DNA of 64,000 bases from a virus: the IMG/VR virus record IMGVR_UViG_3300010397_000003, positions 1 to 64,000 of that record. One strand, 5' to 3'. The position numbers were made by a program, and so were the translations under genes. The notes under the pieces are model-generated. The model searched no databases and had not been told where the DNA came from. It saw nothing but the letters and a program-made list of their open reading frames with translations. Positions within the stretch are counted from its first letter, which is position 1, and every line of letters starts with the position of its first letter. This document shows, one piece after another, positions 8,743 through 17,916 of this stretch.

Positions 8743-9354
8743 TTCAAAAAGAAACCCGATCAGGCGTCCCCAATCGGGCTACCGAAGCCCCTGCTAACCA
8801 CTCGCGAAAGAGGAAGGACAGGGGCAACGATGCGTTAAAAAATAAAAGTTCGTTACGGCTTACGATTTCCGCGATGTTTAGAACCACTCGCGAAGGGTCG
8901 CGCAATTCGTTGCGCAGCGTTCCTCTAACAGCATGTGAGTATCGCGGAAAATCACGAGCTATAACTGTGCCGACAGTGGCGGATGGATCAAGTGTCCCAC
9001 TAGGAATGGGCGCGGATCGGCAAATCGCTTTCCCTGTAAACAGGTTTTCTCCGGGCAACGGGACGGTAATCGATCCGTCAATGCCAGCTACGTCCCGGTC
9101 GTATGTCAGAGTCATCAACATGACAAATAAAGCGAGCTAAAGCCGATCTCCTTGAGCCTGAAATAACAGACCATACCCTTCGCCAATAGCCACATCAGCC
9201 TTCTCAGGAATACTGACGAGGGAAGCTGGCGGTCTGTCTGATCCTGCTTTTGGTCTACAAAATAATTCATCACAAGCCCTACTTCTTTGGCTGTATGGAG
9301 TGAAACAGAATGGACAAGAATCTTTGTCGTTCATTCTGTCTGGGCCTTTTGGTC

Positions 9355-9918
9355 TCATTCGCAACCACGTCCAACTTCGCCTGGGTTATTCGGCGCGGTA
9401 AATTGCTGCCACGGCACAAAGCCTTTCGGACACCAGAAACCCCATTCGCGAATACGCGGCCCCGTGATAACCAGCGTCCAGCAGGGGATCGGTTGCCGCG
9501 CTACGCCGCCCCGCTTCAACAGAACTACGCGATGCCGATGCGTTGCGCGACGAATACCCACGGACAGCCAACGCCGAAACACCCACTTGCCGCCGGTCAC
9601 GATCTCCCAATAGCAACCCTTTAGCATGAACGAGACGAACCACCACGGGTGATCGTGTAGCGCTCGATCTTCGTCGTCACGCATGAACTTGTGAATGTAA
9701 ATACTCAGCCACGGATTACGCGGAATGACGTACCAACGCAGAAGATAAGGATCGTCTTTCCGGCCGACGATGAAATGCGGGCCACCGCACAGCCATCCGC
9801 GAAGCCATTTCTCAATCGCGGCGCGGGCGCTCCAGTTAGGTTCCAGACTTGTGCGATTCAATATTTTCACGCTGCTTTCAGATGTAATGGAAGTCCGTTT
9901 TCTGTCCACGCGGAACAT
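9355..9918 (-). CDS. phage cupin-like protein (true start probably downstream)
   Basis: YLLRW, LHDHPWWF, HRV, CWTLVITGP..REWGF. Confidence 0.65.
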   Translation of the reverse strand: MFRVDRKRTSITSESSVKILNRTSLEPNWSARAAIEKWLRGWLCGGPHFIVGRKDDPYLLRWYVIPRNPWLSIYIHKFMRDDEDRALHDHPWWFVSFMLKGCYWEIVTGGKWVFRRWLSVGIRRATHRHRVVLLKRGGVARQPIPCWTLVITGPRIREWGFWCPKGFVPWQQFTAPNNPGEVGRGCE

Positions 9919-10094
9919 TAACTATCCATTTCATCCACTCGGTATAAGTGAATAGATCGGCGAGTTGTCGAAAGATTGAGATTTCCGAAAGGATGGCGAG
10001 AACTAGAAAAGTCCTACCTGCGGAGCCAATCTTGAGATTAATCGCCAATGTTTTCCTATTCACCACCTGATTCTAAGTCCAAAAAGTGTCCACG
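9891..10094. other. candidate attP region
   Basis: gap just 3' of integrase bracketed by direct repeats AAGTCCnnnnnnTGTCCACG (9891..9910, 10075..10094) resembling arm-type sites. Confidence 0.4.
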
Positions 10095-11186
10095 TCATGC
10101 TATTTTCCGCTCTAAAACCGCTTCCATAACCTTCGCGGCGCGACTTCTCGTTTCACCGCTCGGATGCGAGTAGTAGAGGATCATCGTTCGATCCGAATGT
10201 CCGGTGATCGATTGAATCGTTGACAGGTCTGTCCCTGCCCTAAGCAAGTCCGTGGTCAACGTGTGGCGGCAATCGTGAATGATGATGCCGTCCTGATCGT
10301 TACCGTAAGGTATTCCCGCGTCGCGACAGCCGGCCGCGAGAACGCGATAGAACTTCGGGCTTGTTTGACCGCTTCGGGTGAACACGAATCGAGATTTCGT
10401 TTCTGAGGCACGACGTTCGAGAATTCGGCGCATCGCAGACGTGATCGGAACATATCGGTTCTTCGGGTTCTTCGTCTCGCGTACTTGGATATCCGTTTCG
10501 CCAATGTGCGCCCACTCAAGTTTATCTATCTCCCCGTGGCGCATTCCGGTCGCTAGAGCGAATTGAAAGAGAAGTCCCACTGTCTGCCTTGCCCTTGCGT
10601 CGGCATCAGTCTCCAGCGGTCGCCTATCACTCATAAGGCAGTCAATAATCGCCCACCGCTCCTCTTGCGTGATGTATCGCTCGCGTCTCCGGCTCTTACC
10701 TTTGGGTCTGGGTATCTTCGGCACGATCCATTGTCCCAACTGTGGATAAAGAATTCTCGCAGCGTAGAGCGCGGAACCTATCGTGTTCAATTCGCGCTTG
10801 ACTGACTCAGGACTAATCCCCACCGCGTACCGAGCGTCAACATAACGCTGAAGATCGGGCGTCGTAACCTGATCCACCGCAACGCCGCGAGGCATTAAGT
10901 CAGCCAGCCGAGTGAGCAGGGTGCGCGCTCGCGTCTTTTCCTTCTTGCTGCGGATCGTCGCGCAGCGTCTTTCGATTAATTCGAGAAACGCGGGCGCATC
11001 AACGGTCGTACGGATGCCAAACTTCTTCAGTTGTTTATCTCGCCGGATTTTATACGCCGCAGTTTCAGCGTCGGCCTGAGTCGCAAAGGTCGCTCTGATT
11101 CGCTTCCGATTCACGCGGATATCAAGCTGCCACTCGCGCTTACCGGACTTCTTATTCTTGATAGGTTTGATCACGCGGCGAATCAT
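10095..11186 (-). CDS. int: tyrosine recombinase / phage integrase
   Basis: catalytic set TGMR, K, HDCR, TGH, Y (YYSH); N-terminal arm-binding-like domain. Confidence 0.92.
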   Translation of the reverse strand: MIRRVIKPIKNKKSGKREWQLDIRVNRKRIRATFATQADAETAAYKIRRDKQLKKFGIRTTVDAPAFLELIERRCATIRSKKEKTRARTLLTRLADLMPRGVAVDQVTTPDLQRYVDARYAVGISPESVKRELNTIGSALYAARILYPQLGQWIVPKIPRPKGKSRRRERYITQEERWAIIDCLMSDRRPLETDADARARQTVGLLFQFALATGMRHGEIDKLEWAHIGETDIQVRETKNPKNRYVPITSAMRRILERRASETKSRFVFTRSGQTSPKFYRVLAAGCRDAGIPYGNDQDGIIIHDCRHTLTTDLLRAGTDLSTIQSITGHSDRTMILYYSHPSGETRSRAAKVMEAVLERKIA

Positions 11187-11190
11187 AGGT

Positions 11191-11439
11191 TTAACTAGCC
11201 AGTCTCAGCAATGTTTTACGCTGCTCGTTTTCTGCCCTTGCCGATTTGATTAACTTGAAAGCTAATGCTTCAACTTCACTCCGAACCAGGAACACGCGGC
11301 GCCCTAACCGAACGTGGGTCAACTCTTCCGTGCCAGCTTTGCGCTGCCGAAAGGTCGTGTGATGCAGCGGTAAAATCTCCGAGGCTTGCTCGAAACTAAT
11401 CAGCGGAGACTCTGCTATTTGTGAAACCTTTGTACTCAT
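11191..11439 (-). CDS. excisionase-like HTH protein
   Basis: LISFEQASEIL...VRLGRRVFLVRSEVE, directly upstream of integrase; start ATG 11439. Confidence 0.7.
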   Translation of the reverse strand: MSTKVSQIAESPLISFEQASEILPLHHTTFRQRKAGTEELTHVRLGRRVFLVRSEVEALAFKLIKSARAENEQRKTLLRLAS

Positions 11440-11888
11440 GCTGCGAACATCTCGGTGCTTATGTGTTCTGAACACGTATTGACCCTGCCGAACGAGGTGG
11501 CAAGTTGTCCGCAATGACATCGGGCGCGCAAGTCGTTGCCGCTTACTACTCCGTCGCCAATTTCTTTCCAGAACTGCGCGTGCGTGCCGAACCCCAAAAC
11601 CAAGATGTACTGCATGATTGAAACTTGATCGTAGAGTCCTGTGCGTTCGCATTGATTCACTACGTCTTGAGTGAGAATGTCTGCGCCTGTTCCGTTAGAG
11701 CAATAAACAAAGTGCGCGTTGTGCATTTCATCGAGAATGCCGAACACTTTGTCGTAAGTGTGCGAACGATCTAGTTGTGGTGAGTATCCGGCAGGCTCAC
11801 CTAGCTTCTGATTGCAGTCTAAGCACTTCCAGCCTTCCTCGTTCGACTCAGGCCAATAGCCCACGGATTTATGTTTACACTCACCCAT
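11436..11888 (-). CDS. hypothetical Cys/His-rich protein
   Basis: GGAGG RBS before ATG 11888. Confidence 0.6.
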   Translation of the reverse strand: MGECKHKSVGYWPESNEEGWKCLDCNQKLGEPAGYSPQLDRSHTYDKVFGILDEMHNAHFVYCSNGTGADILTQDVVNQCERTGLYDQVSIMQYILVLGFGTHAQFWKEIGDGVVSGNDLRARCHCGQLATSFGRVNTCSEHISTEMFAA

Positions 11889-11917
11889 TAGGATCGTTCC
11901 CCTCCTATGTACATCAA

Positions 11918-12501
11918 GCATTAGGATAATGAAGCACAATACCCTTCCTGCTTACGGTCTGAGTTCCTGAGTCCCACGCAGGTACGTAGCGTCATGCGGC
12001 GTGCGCGCGAAGCGTCGCTTGACTGTCCATCCAAACTTCCCCGATTTGATTACGCTCGAACCACCCCTCAAGTAGTTCAATCTGAAAACAGCCGTCCTTC
12101 GTGCGCGTGTTTCTAACATTAAACACCCGACGCCAGTCCAGCTCTCGCTTGTTGTTTTTATTCGGGTAGCAAAACACTGGCCCAATCTTCAGCGCGTCGG
12201 AAACCTGACGCGGCGATTGCAGTAAGTGACGCCCCTTCGAGGCGTGGGTTTCTTTCCCAAAACGCTACGCAGCCGGGACACTCGCCTTTGGGGATTACGA
12301 GAGCTTCAACGGGTCGCTTTTCTCTGCGGTGTCTGGCCGGATGACCGAGACACGCGACGCCGGGACCGCAAACTAAACAGGTCTGCGCTGGTTGTTCTGT
12401 TTGCATAATCTTCATTCTTTCTTTGCGAACGAAAAAGTGAGCGGTCGTCCTTGCTGCAAGGTCGTCAGGGAATGCCCTGCTGGCTTCAAAACTTCTGATT
12501 C
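11918..12501 (-). mobile_element. putative gene cassette (B arm 11918..11970, A arm 12425..12488) with two small ORFs
   Basis: outward-pointing arms enclose 11992..12177 and 12158..12415. Confidence 0.55.
12158..12415 (-). CDS. small Cys-rich hypothetical protein
   Basis: ATG 10 nt inside arm head. Confidence 0.5.
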   Translation of the reverse strand: MKIMQTEQPAQTCLVCGPGVACLGHPARHRREKRPVEALVIPKGECPGCVAFWERNPRLEGASLTAIAASGFRRAEDWASVLLPE

Positions 12502-12600
12502 ATCTGTGCGCGACCATAGGTAGTACTCCGGGGTCCGTTTCTATCTTGTTATCTGGGCTCGCTTTCCGCTCGCGCGATTCGCTCGCACTTTCCAAAATGT

Positions 12601-12834
12601 TCACTTGAGTACGTCCAGCGCTTTCTCAAGAAGGCTTGCCGCCTGCCGAGCTTCTTCTTGCGTCTTGAAGTCCTCAACATGAAGCAGGCCGCTGCCGGTT
12701 ACGTGCCAGTAAACCGACCAGCACGCTATCGCAGGGTCGCCCGCTTCGCATTGCTCCATGAGTTCTTTACCTTCATCGTCCGCCCCAACAATCGCGCAGG
12801 GGTGAAACTCTACTGCGTCAGGAAATCGCTCCAT
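12601..12834 (-). CDS. hypothetical protein
   Basis: 77 aa, WSVYWH motif. Confidence 0.6.
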   Translation of the reverse strand: MERFPDAVEFHPCAIVGADDEGKELMEQCEAGDPAIACWSVYWHVTGSGLLHVEDFKTQEEARQAASLLEKALDVLK

Positions 12835-13423
12835 CGTCGTCTCCTATCAACATGAATTGTGCCGACTCGCGCTTTCGTTCCACGGTAACAATAGTGTCAT
12901 TGTGAACGCCGCCATGACTCACGAGCAAGATTTCCTCGGTAACAAACCCGTGCTTAACTCCCATGCCAACCGTGTTCCAGCCACACGAGATGACAATTCC
13001 TTCCGGCTCGCATATTCGAGCGATAGCGGACTTCCAATCTGCCCAAGACTTGCCCTGCGTGTCCTGCATAGTCGTTACGCGCCCAACTTGCGCGTAACAC
13101 TCCGCCACCTGTCGTGCCGAGTATGGCGGATCGAATATGACCAAATCGGCGGAGACCTTGCGCGCCTCAAGCATTGCTAGGAACTCAAGTGCGTCCACGT
13201 GAGACTCTGCGGCTGTTTCAGGATTCAAGTCGTTGGTGTACGTCGCCCATCGCTTGTTTCGCGCAAACGGATCAACGCTCACTTTCGACTGGTAGAGATA
13301 CGATTTCACTAAGGCGCGGATCGGTGGAATGTCAAAGGTGTTCGGAGAAGGCATCGCCCACACGCGACGCATCGGAATCGCCCGCTCAATCGAAACCAAT
13401 TCTTCTTGAATTACTGCGCTCAT
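12818..13423 (-). CDS. putative adenine-specific DNA methyltransferase
   Basis: VDPFA motif I-like and LVIFDPPY motif IV. Confidence 0.8.
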   Translation of the reverse strand: MSAVIQEELVSIERAIPMRRVWAMPSPNTFDIPPIRALVKSYLYQSKVSVDPFARNKRWATYTNDLNPETAAESHVDALEFLAMLEARKVSADLVIFDPPYSARQVAECYAQVGRVTTMQDTQGKSWADWKSAIARICEPEGIVISCGWNTVGMGVKHGFVTEEILLVSHGGVHNDTIVTVERKRESAQFMLIGDDDGAIS

Positions 13424-13488
13424 TTACCCTCGCGCGGAACGCGCTCACGATCTCCCAAAGCACCGAGCCTCTTAAATCACCCGTGGTT

Positions 13489-14067
13489 TCAATCTCTAAA
13501 TTCAACCTTCACGACGCCGAAGCTCTTGTACTCGCGAGCGAAGGCAGCGACGTTCTTTCCAAAGTAAGTGACGACGCTTCCCTTCGACACGCCTTTCTTG
13601 ATCGTTCCATCCGGTAAGCGATAGTTGGTTCGCGGAACCAGAGAACACTGAGGAAGCCTTGCGAGCGGCTGAAACCAAGCCTCGGATGTTGCCGCGTAAG
13701 TGATATTGCAGGCTTCGACCGTGCGGCCTTCGTAATACTCGCGTACAAGTTTTGCGATCCACTTTGTATTGCCGTGGTAAGGGTAGGCGTGGTGGATATG
13801 CTCTTTAATGCACGATGCCCCACACGCTTCCTCCGCGCGACCGAATGGATGATTGAGCCAGATGCGCCCATGCCAAAGCCGGGCAAGTCCGTCATCTTGC
13901 GCGGTGAAGATCCGCGTTGCCTTGACGATTCGATTCGCGTTCTCGCTACTCGCCGGATCAAGATCGATTCCGCCCATAACACGGCGCGCGGCCTCAACGA
14001 TCTCGACGGGTGTGTAATATTCGACTTCGCCAGAGGTTTGATTAATAAGCTGATGTGCTGCTACTAC
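13489..14067 (-). CDS. phage Dam-type N6-adenine methyltransferase
   Basis: EYYTP, IDLDPAS, IWLNHPF (NPPF variant); start reassigned to ATG 14067. Confidence 0.8.
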   Translation of the reverse strand, partial: VVAAHQLINQTSGEVEYYTPVEIVEAARRVMGGIDLDPASSENANRIVKATRIFTAQDDGLARLWHGRIWLNHPFGRAEEACGASCIKEHIHHAYPYHGNTKWIAKLVREYYEGRTVEACNITYAATSEAWFQPLARLPQCSLVPRTNYRLPDGTIKKGVSKGSVVTYFGKNVAAFAREYKSFGVVKVEFRD

Positions 14068-14116
14068 CATTTCTGCTCTTTCCCATACTGCACAGTCTCC
14101 ATTAAGTCTTGAAGGG

Positions 14117-14467
14117 TTACTCACTGCTCGGCCACCAACGCAAATCTTCATTCCCGATCTGCGAGCTATACACACGATGAATCTTCCGCAAGTCTGCTAA
14201 TCGTTTCGCCAGCACGTACCGATCAAGAGTGCCGAGTCCCGCAAGTTCCTTACTCGTTTTCCCTGGATACTGTGTGACTAATTCCAACGTCATTTTCGTT
14301 TGTCCTCGCAGCGCTCCGCTTCGTCTGAGTTCTTGCTCGGCCCGGTGTGAACTTTTCGGGTCCGTGTTCCGGCTGAGTTGCGGTATGTACTCATCGTCTT
14401 TCAGTGGAGGCGCGGTTGCCGTTCCTCCAAAGAAGCGATCAAAGTCTAAAGATGATTGAGCGTTCAT
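14117..14467 (-). CDS. winged-helix DNA-binding protein
   Basis: RNTDPxSSH, PGKTSKELA..KRLADL. Confidence 0.65.
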   Translation of the reverse strand: MNAQSSLDFDRFFGGTATAPPLKDDEYIPQLSRNTDPKSSHRAEQELRRSGALRGQTKMTLELVTQYPGKTSKELAGLGTLDRYVLAKRLADLRKIHRVYSSQIGNEDLRWWPSSE

Positions 14468-14854
14468 GCTGCGACTGTCTTAACCCGCGTTATCACCCCT
14501 GAAGGCGCAGACCTTCTTGTGATCCGCTCTGTTCCGGTTGTCTTAAACCGTCCTTTAGAATCCAAATCATCCGAGGCGGAACGAGGCGCTAGTAATTTGT
14601 CTACACATCCATCGCATAGGCCGTCTATGCAATCCTGAGGATCGAATACTGGATGTGAACACTGAACACAGATCATGCTGCGCGTCTCGTGTAAATCATT
14701 TTCTTAGTGCAATCGCGGCAATACGCTGACGCCTTATTAGGCCGTGCGTTGCAGGCGTAAAACTGGCTAAGTGACAACCTGTTCCCGCATCCCTTTGGCG
14801 CAGGACATACCCTGCTTCGCTCTAGCCAGTGTGAATTTGAAGCGTTGAATTTCA

Positions 14855-15328
14855 TCAGAACATCGACACATCGTCAGGGTCTTCAACCGGAACGTGATCG
14901 CATCTTTGCGCCGGCAGTTTGTATCCTTGCGCGTCTTTTCCTTCCGGCACGTAGAGACCTGAGCCGAAACATTTCTTGCAGACATCACCGGACAGGAGAT
15001 TCGTGGTTTGCGCTAGCGCGTTTCGCTCGGAGGCGCAGAGCGAACGGAACCCCTGTATCAACTGCGGCGCGGTCAGGGTGTACGTGTTGTCGCTGTCCTG
15101 CATCGCTCTCACGTAGGCGTCAGCCAAACGATTCTCTGGTACGGCCCCTAATAGAATCTCTGACCACGTTGCGACGTGGATCATCAACTCTTCGTTTTCG
15201 AGCGGCGGCATTCCCGACGCCACGCGACTCTTAACGATTAGCTGCGCGACCGCCTGATCGTATGAACTCAAGGTTAGACCTGAGTTGATCAACTCGCTTT
15301 GCTGATGCTGAAGGTTTGCTGTTTCCAT
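14855..15328 (-). CDS. replication-associated protein (helicase loader/inhibitor-like)
   Basis: follows initiator; WxxxL helix motif and CxxCxGSG finger. Confidence 0.5.
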   Translation of the reverse strand: METANLQHQQSELINSGLTLSSYDQAVAQLIVKSRVASGMPPLENEELMIHVATWSEILLGAVPENRLADAYVRAMQDSDNTYTLTAPQLIQGFRSLCASERNALAQTTNLLSGDVCKKCFGSGLYVPEGKDAQGYKLPAQRCDHVPVEDPDDVSMF

Positions 15329-16088
15329 TTCCGTTTGTTCCGTTTTCCAAGATCGCCATGAACTTCTCGACGCGCTCTCCGTCCCTGCAAATCAACTCCA
15401 AATCGTCATACTTCATCCCGGTATCGTTTTGGCCCTGGTGAAACGGTGACGCTCGGCATCCCCTTATCGCGGCTCGGATTTGCTCAGGCGAATAACCCTG
15501 CTGTAAGCGAGCAATAACGCGCCGCCTGCGCTTGTCCGTGAACACCGCCTGGCCGTGGCCGGTTTGTTCTCGCCAGTAATCGAAGATGGAAACCGCAAGC
15601 GCAGCGCGCGGCACGTTCTCGGTATCGTCCTCGTTAGTGTTCTCGGTATCGTTAGTGTTCTCGGGTGACACGTCGAAACCGGATAAATCTGGATTCACCT
15701 GGATGCACCCGGATTCACTAAGGCTCGGAAATCGCTTAATACGCTTACCGTTTCGCCCTGCCGGTTGCGAATCCTCAAAGCCGACAATGTGTAGATATGG
15801 CTCGCCTTTGGCTTCGTAGAATTCAATCAGGCCCGCCTCTTTCATCTCCCGAAGCCACCCAGAAACTTGTTTGGCACTGATTTTCGATAATCGTCGCCCT
15901 GCGGTTTTGGCGTGACAGAGGTCGGGATCGGCGTGGCCGTTGCCAAAATCGTCCACGGTGACAAGAATTCGCCAGAACCACGCCTCGGCTTGGAGTGAGA
16001 GGCGATTGATTCGTTGGCCGGTTGTGAAGCCGGAGTACAGACGGCGGTAGACGCCTCGGGTTAGGTCGGTTACGGCTTCGTCTTTCAT
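15231..16088 (-). CDS. phage replication initiator (replisome organiser)
   Basis: N-terminal wHTH (VDDFG..L..AGLIEFY), low-complexity linker with DNA repeats, C-terminal helical domain. Confidence 0.75.
   Translation of the reverse strand: MKDEAVTDLTRGVYRRLYSGFTTGQRINRLSLQAEAWFWRILVTVDDFGNGHADPDLCHAKTAGRRLSKISAKQVSGWLREMKEAGLIEFYEAKGEPYLHIVGFEDSQPAGRNGKRIKRFPSLSESGCIQVNPDLSGFDVSPENTNDTENTNEDDTENVPRAALAVSIFDYWREQTGHGQAVFTDKRRRRVIARLQQGYSPEQIRAAIRGCRASPFHQGQNDTGMKYDDLELICRDGERVEKFMAILENGTNGNGNSKPSASAKRVDQLRSNLEFIRSGGRAANR
15615..15720. repeat. iteron-like repeats, probable origin
   Basis: GTTCTCGG x3 with CGTTAGT linkers and GGATnnA x4 inside initiator gene. Confidence 0.55.
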
Positions 16089-16810
16089 GCCGCTCTCCGT
16101 CCTGTCGCAAACCGCTGGCGGTCAAAATCCTTATTCTCTCGTCGCCGCACTCGGGCCATTTTCCGAGGCGGTTTGGTTCTGCGGCGAAGCTCTCGTTCTG
16201 CTATGTCCGTCGCTCGGGCGAGGTTGCGCTCCCATCGTTCCACTAGCGATTCGGCATAGAGTCTCGGCTGTGCAGTCTCCCAATAGTGAAATGTTTCAGG
16301 CGTCTCGCGGCTGATTTCCCCTGCGAGGATGGCGCGCGCCCGTTCCAGCTTGCGCTCACATTCGGCGATCCGCGGCCCTGAGTATCGACACAGAACGGTT
16401 TTGTTAAATTGCTCTTGTTGTTCGCGCTGATACTGAAGATGTTTCGAGTCGGGCCGTGTAGACACCTTGCGAATAGAAGCTATCGCCTCCCGCAGATCGC
16501 CCTCAGATGCGACCTCGTAAAACCGGATACCTCGCCGCTCGCAGACTGCTCGCTTCTGCTTGTCGGCCTCGATCTGGCGCTCAAAACCCTTGGCGTTTTT
16601 GTGGAAATGCGACGAGAATTGATAATGCTGAGGCCCCTGCACTTCGATTGCCGTACGAATGCTTGGAATGTAGATGTCGAGTTCCAAGCGTTGGCCCTCT
16701 GAATTCCTAAGCCAATCGGGGCGCACGTTTTCTTGAACCGCGTGACAGCCAAAGATTCGATCAACCTCTTTTACAGTTTGGGCCTGAAGGCGTGATGTAC
16801 CCATAAACAA
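16085..16810 (-). CDS. PD-(D/E)XK endonuclease-like protein
   Basis: LELDIYIP...AIEVQGPQH...DKQK. Confidence 0.75.
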   Translation of the reverse strand: MFMGTSRLQAQTVKEVDRIFGCHAVQENVRPDWLRNSEGQRLELDIYIPSIRTAIEVQGPQHYQFSSHFHKNAKGFERQIEADKQKRAVCERRGIRFYEVASEGDLREAIASIRKVSTRPDSKHLQYQREQQEQFNKTVLCRYSGPRIAECERKLERARAILAGEISRETPETFHYWETAQPRLYAESLVERWERNLARATDIAERELRRRTKPPRKMARVRRRENKDFDRQRFATGRRAA

Positions 16811-16935
16811 AAACCCCTTAGCGAGATGCCTGGCGCTTTGGGAAGCAATTCAAATCCGAAGACAAGAATCAGTAACCAGAGCACCCCGCTAAAGGGTCTT
16901 CAGTCACGGTTGCTTCCCAATTCAACCGGCCAAAT
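16805..16935 (-). promoter_or_regulatory. C4/CI-antisense-like attenuator structure
   Basis: stem CCCTTTAGCGGGGTGC/GCATCTCGCTAAGGG plus T-run; complementary boxes TTGGGAAGCAA / TTGCTTCCCAA. Confidence 0.45.
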
Positions 16936-16972
16936 TGTCAACTTCATTTCTTATTCTCCATAGATTTTCAAC

Positions 16973-17155
16973 TTACGTTTTCCGGTTACCATGCCCAACG
17001 TGATACGGCCTTGCTCGGCATCGAAACTCTGCGCAGATGTAGACATGTAACTTCAAGGGATTCTTTCGATCTGGAATCATTTCTTGCCGGCGCAGTAGTG
17101 ACCTGATATGCGCCTCTGCCTTTCCCCTGGATTCGTGTCCTACTTTTCTGCACAT
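16973..17155 (-). CDS. small Zn-binding protein
   Basis: CxKVxH...YxC..C...HVGH. Confidence 0.55.
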   Translation of the reverse strand: MCRKVGHESRGKAEAHIRSLLRRQEMIPDRKNPLKLHVYICAEFRCRARPYHVGHGNRKT

Positions 17156-17156
17156 C

Positions 17157-17582
17157 TCACCTGATTCCTTTTTGTGCGACCATAGGGCATTCCACGGCGT
17201 TCGTTACGTTATGGGTGCGTGGCTCGCTTTCCGCTCGCTCAGTCAGCGTTACGTAACCAAGTTTCTCTTCTTCTTTTTCGAGCCAGTCTGCAATATCGGC
17301 GCGCGACCAGCGGTGGCTATCGTTTAAGTGAATGATTACGTCAGTCATGTCCACGGCATCTTCGTCTTGGCATTGACTAACCGGACAAGTTGAAGGCTCT
17401 TTGAGGTAGGGGTATTCTAATTCAGGAACCGCAGCGCTAACGCCTTCCAGACCGCCTGTCATTGCTTCATAGCCCGCGCCTATCGCGCACGTGCTTCCAT
17501 CGCGGTACATCTGGCGAAAGGACTGCGGCCGGAGCTTCGCCCCTTCTCGAATAGCCTCACTGAACGATGCGAATAGTTTCAT
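17157..17582 (-). CDS. hypothetical protein (LND...IADWLE motif)
   Basis: 141 aa; last ~25 aa are translated arm sequence. Confidence 0.7.
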   Translation of the reverse strand: MKLFASFSEAIREGAKLRPQSFRQMYRDGSTCAIGAGYEAMTGGLEGVSAAVPELEYPYLKEPSTCPVSQCQDEDAVDMTDVIIHLNDSHRWSRADIADWLEKEEEKLGYVTLTERAESEPRTHNVTNAVECPMVAQKGIR

Positions 17583-17665
17583 TGCGCTTTACCTCTGGCC
17601 GGTTTACCGGCCCACGAATCGTTGACGTAACGAACGTCTTTAGTTGCCCTATGGCTTCACACTTC
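17163..17665 (-). mobile_element. putative single-gene cassette (A arms 17175..17240 and 17597..17659)
   Basis: both arms fit consensus with 38-nt internal spacing; ORF starts just inside one arm and reads through the other. Confidence 0.75.
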
Positions 17666-17679
17666 AAAAGTTCTGAGAA

Positions 17680-17915
17680 CTCAAGAGCGAGTGTCGCCGC
17701 CTACACGACACGCTGGAGTTTCCCCGCAGTCGCCAGCGGCATGTAGCCACCGACTTCGACCGCTCTCTCGATACATTGGCCGCATCATGCCTTGGATCGA
17801 CACGACAAACCGCTTAGATAGGCTTATCCACCACCTACCTGTCACCAATGAATCTCTTTCAAATATCCGTTGCGCGACGCGCCCTCAGTTGCCTTCTCAC
17901 GCCCCCCGCGCAAGC
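17680..17915 (-). ncRNA. candidate structured ncRNA
   Basis: gap in minus-strand operon with several nested stems. Confidence 0.4.
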
Positions 17916-17916
17916 C

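Larger units (their letters stand above)
12497..13503 (-). mobile_element. putative gene cassette (A arms 12509..12573 and 13431..13491)
   Basis: inverted arms; ATTCA repeated at both outer cores; encloses two genes. Confidence 0.7.

Noticed and set aside
8744-9364. ORFs 8712..9140, 8744..9121 and 9137..9364
   Set aside because: Overlapping opposite-strand candidates with no recognisable motif; could not decide which, if any, is real
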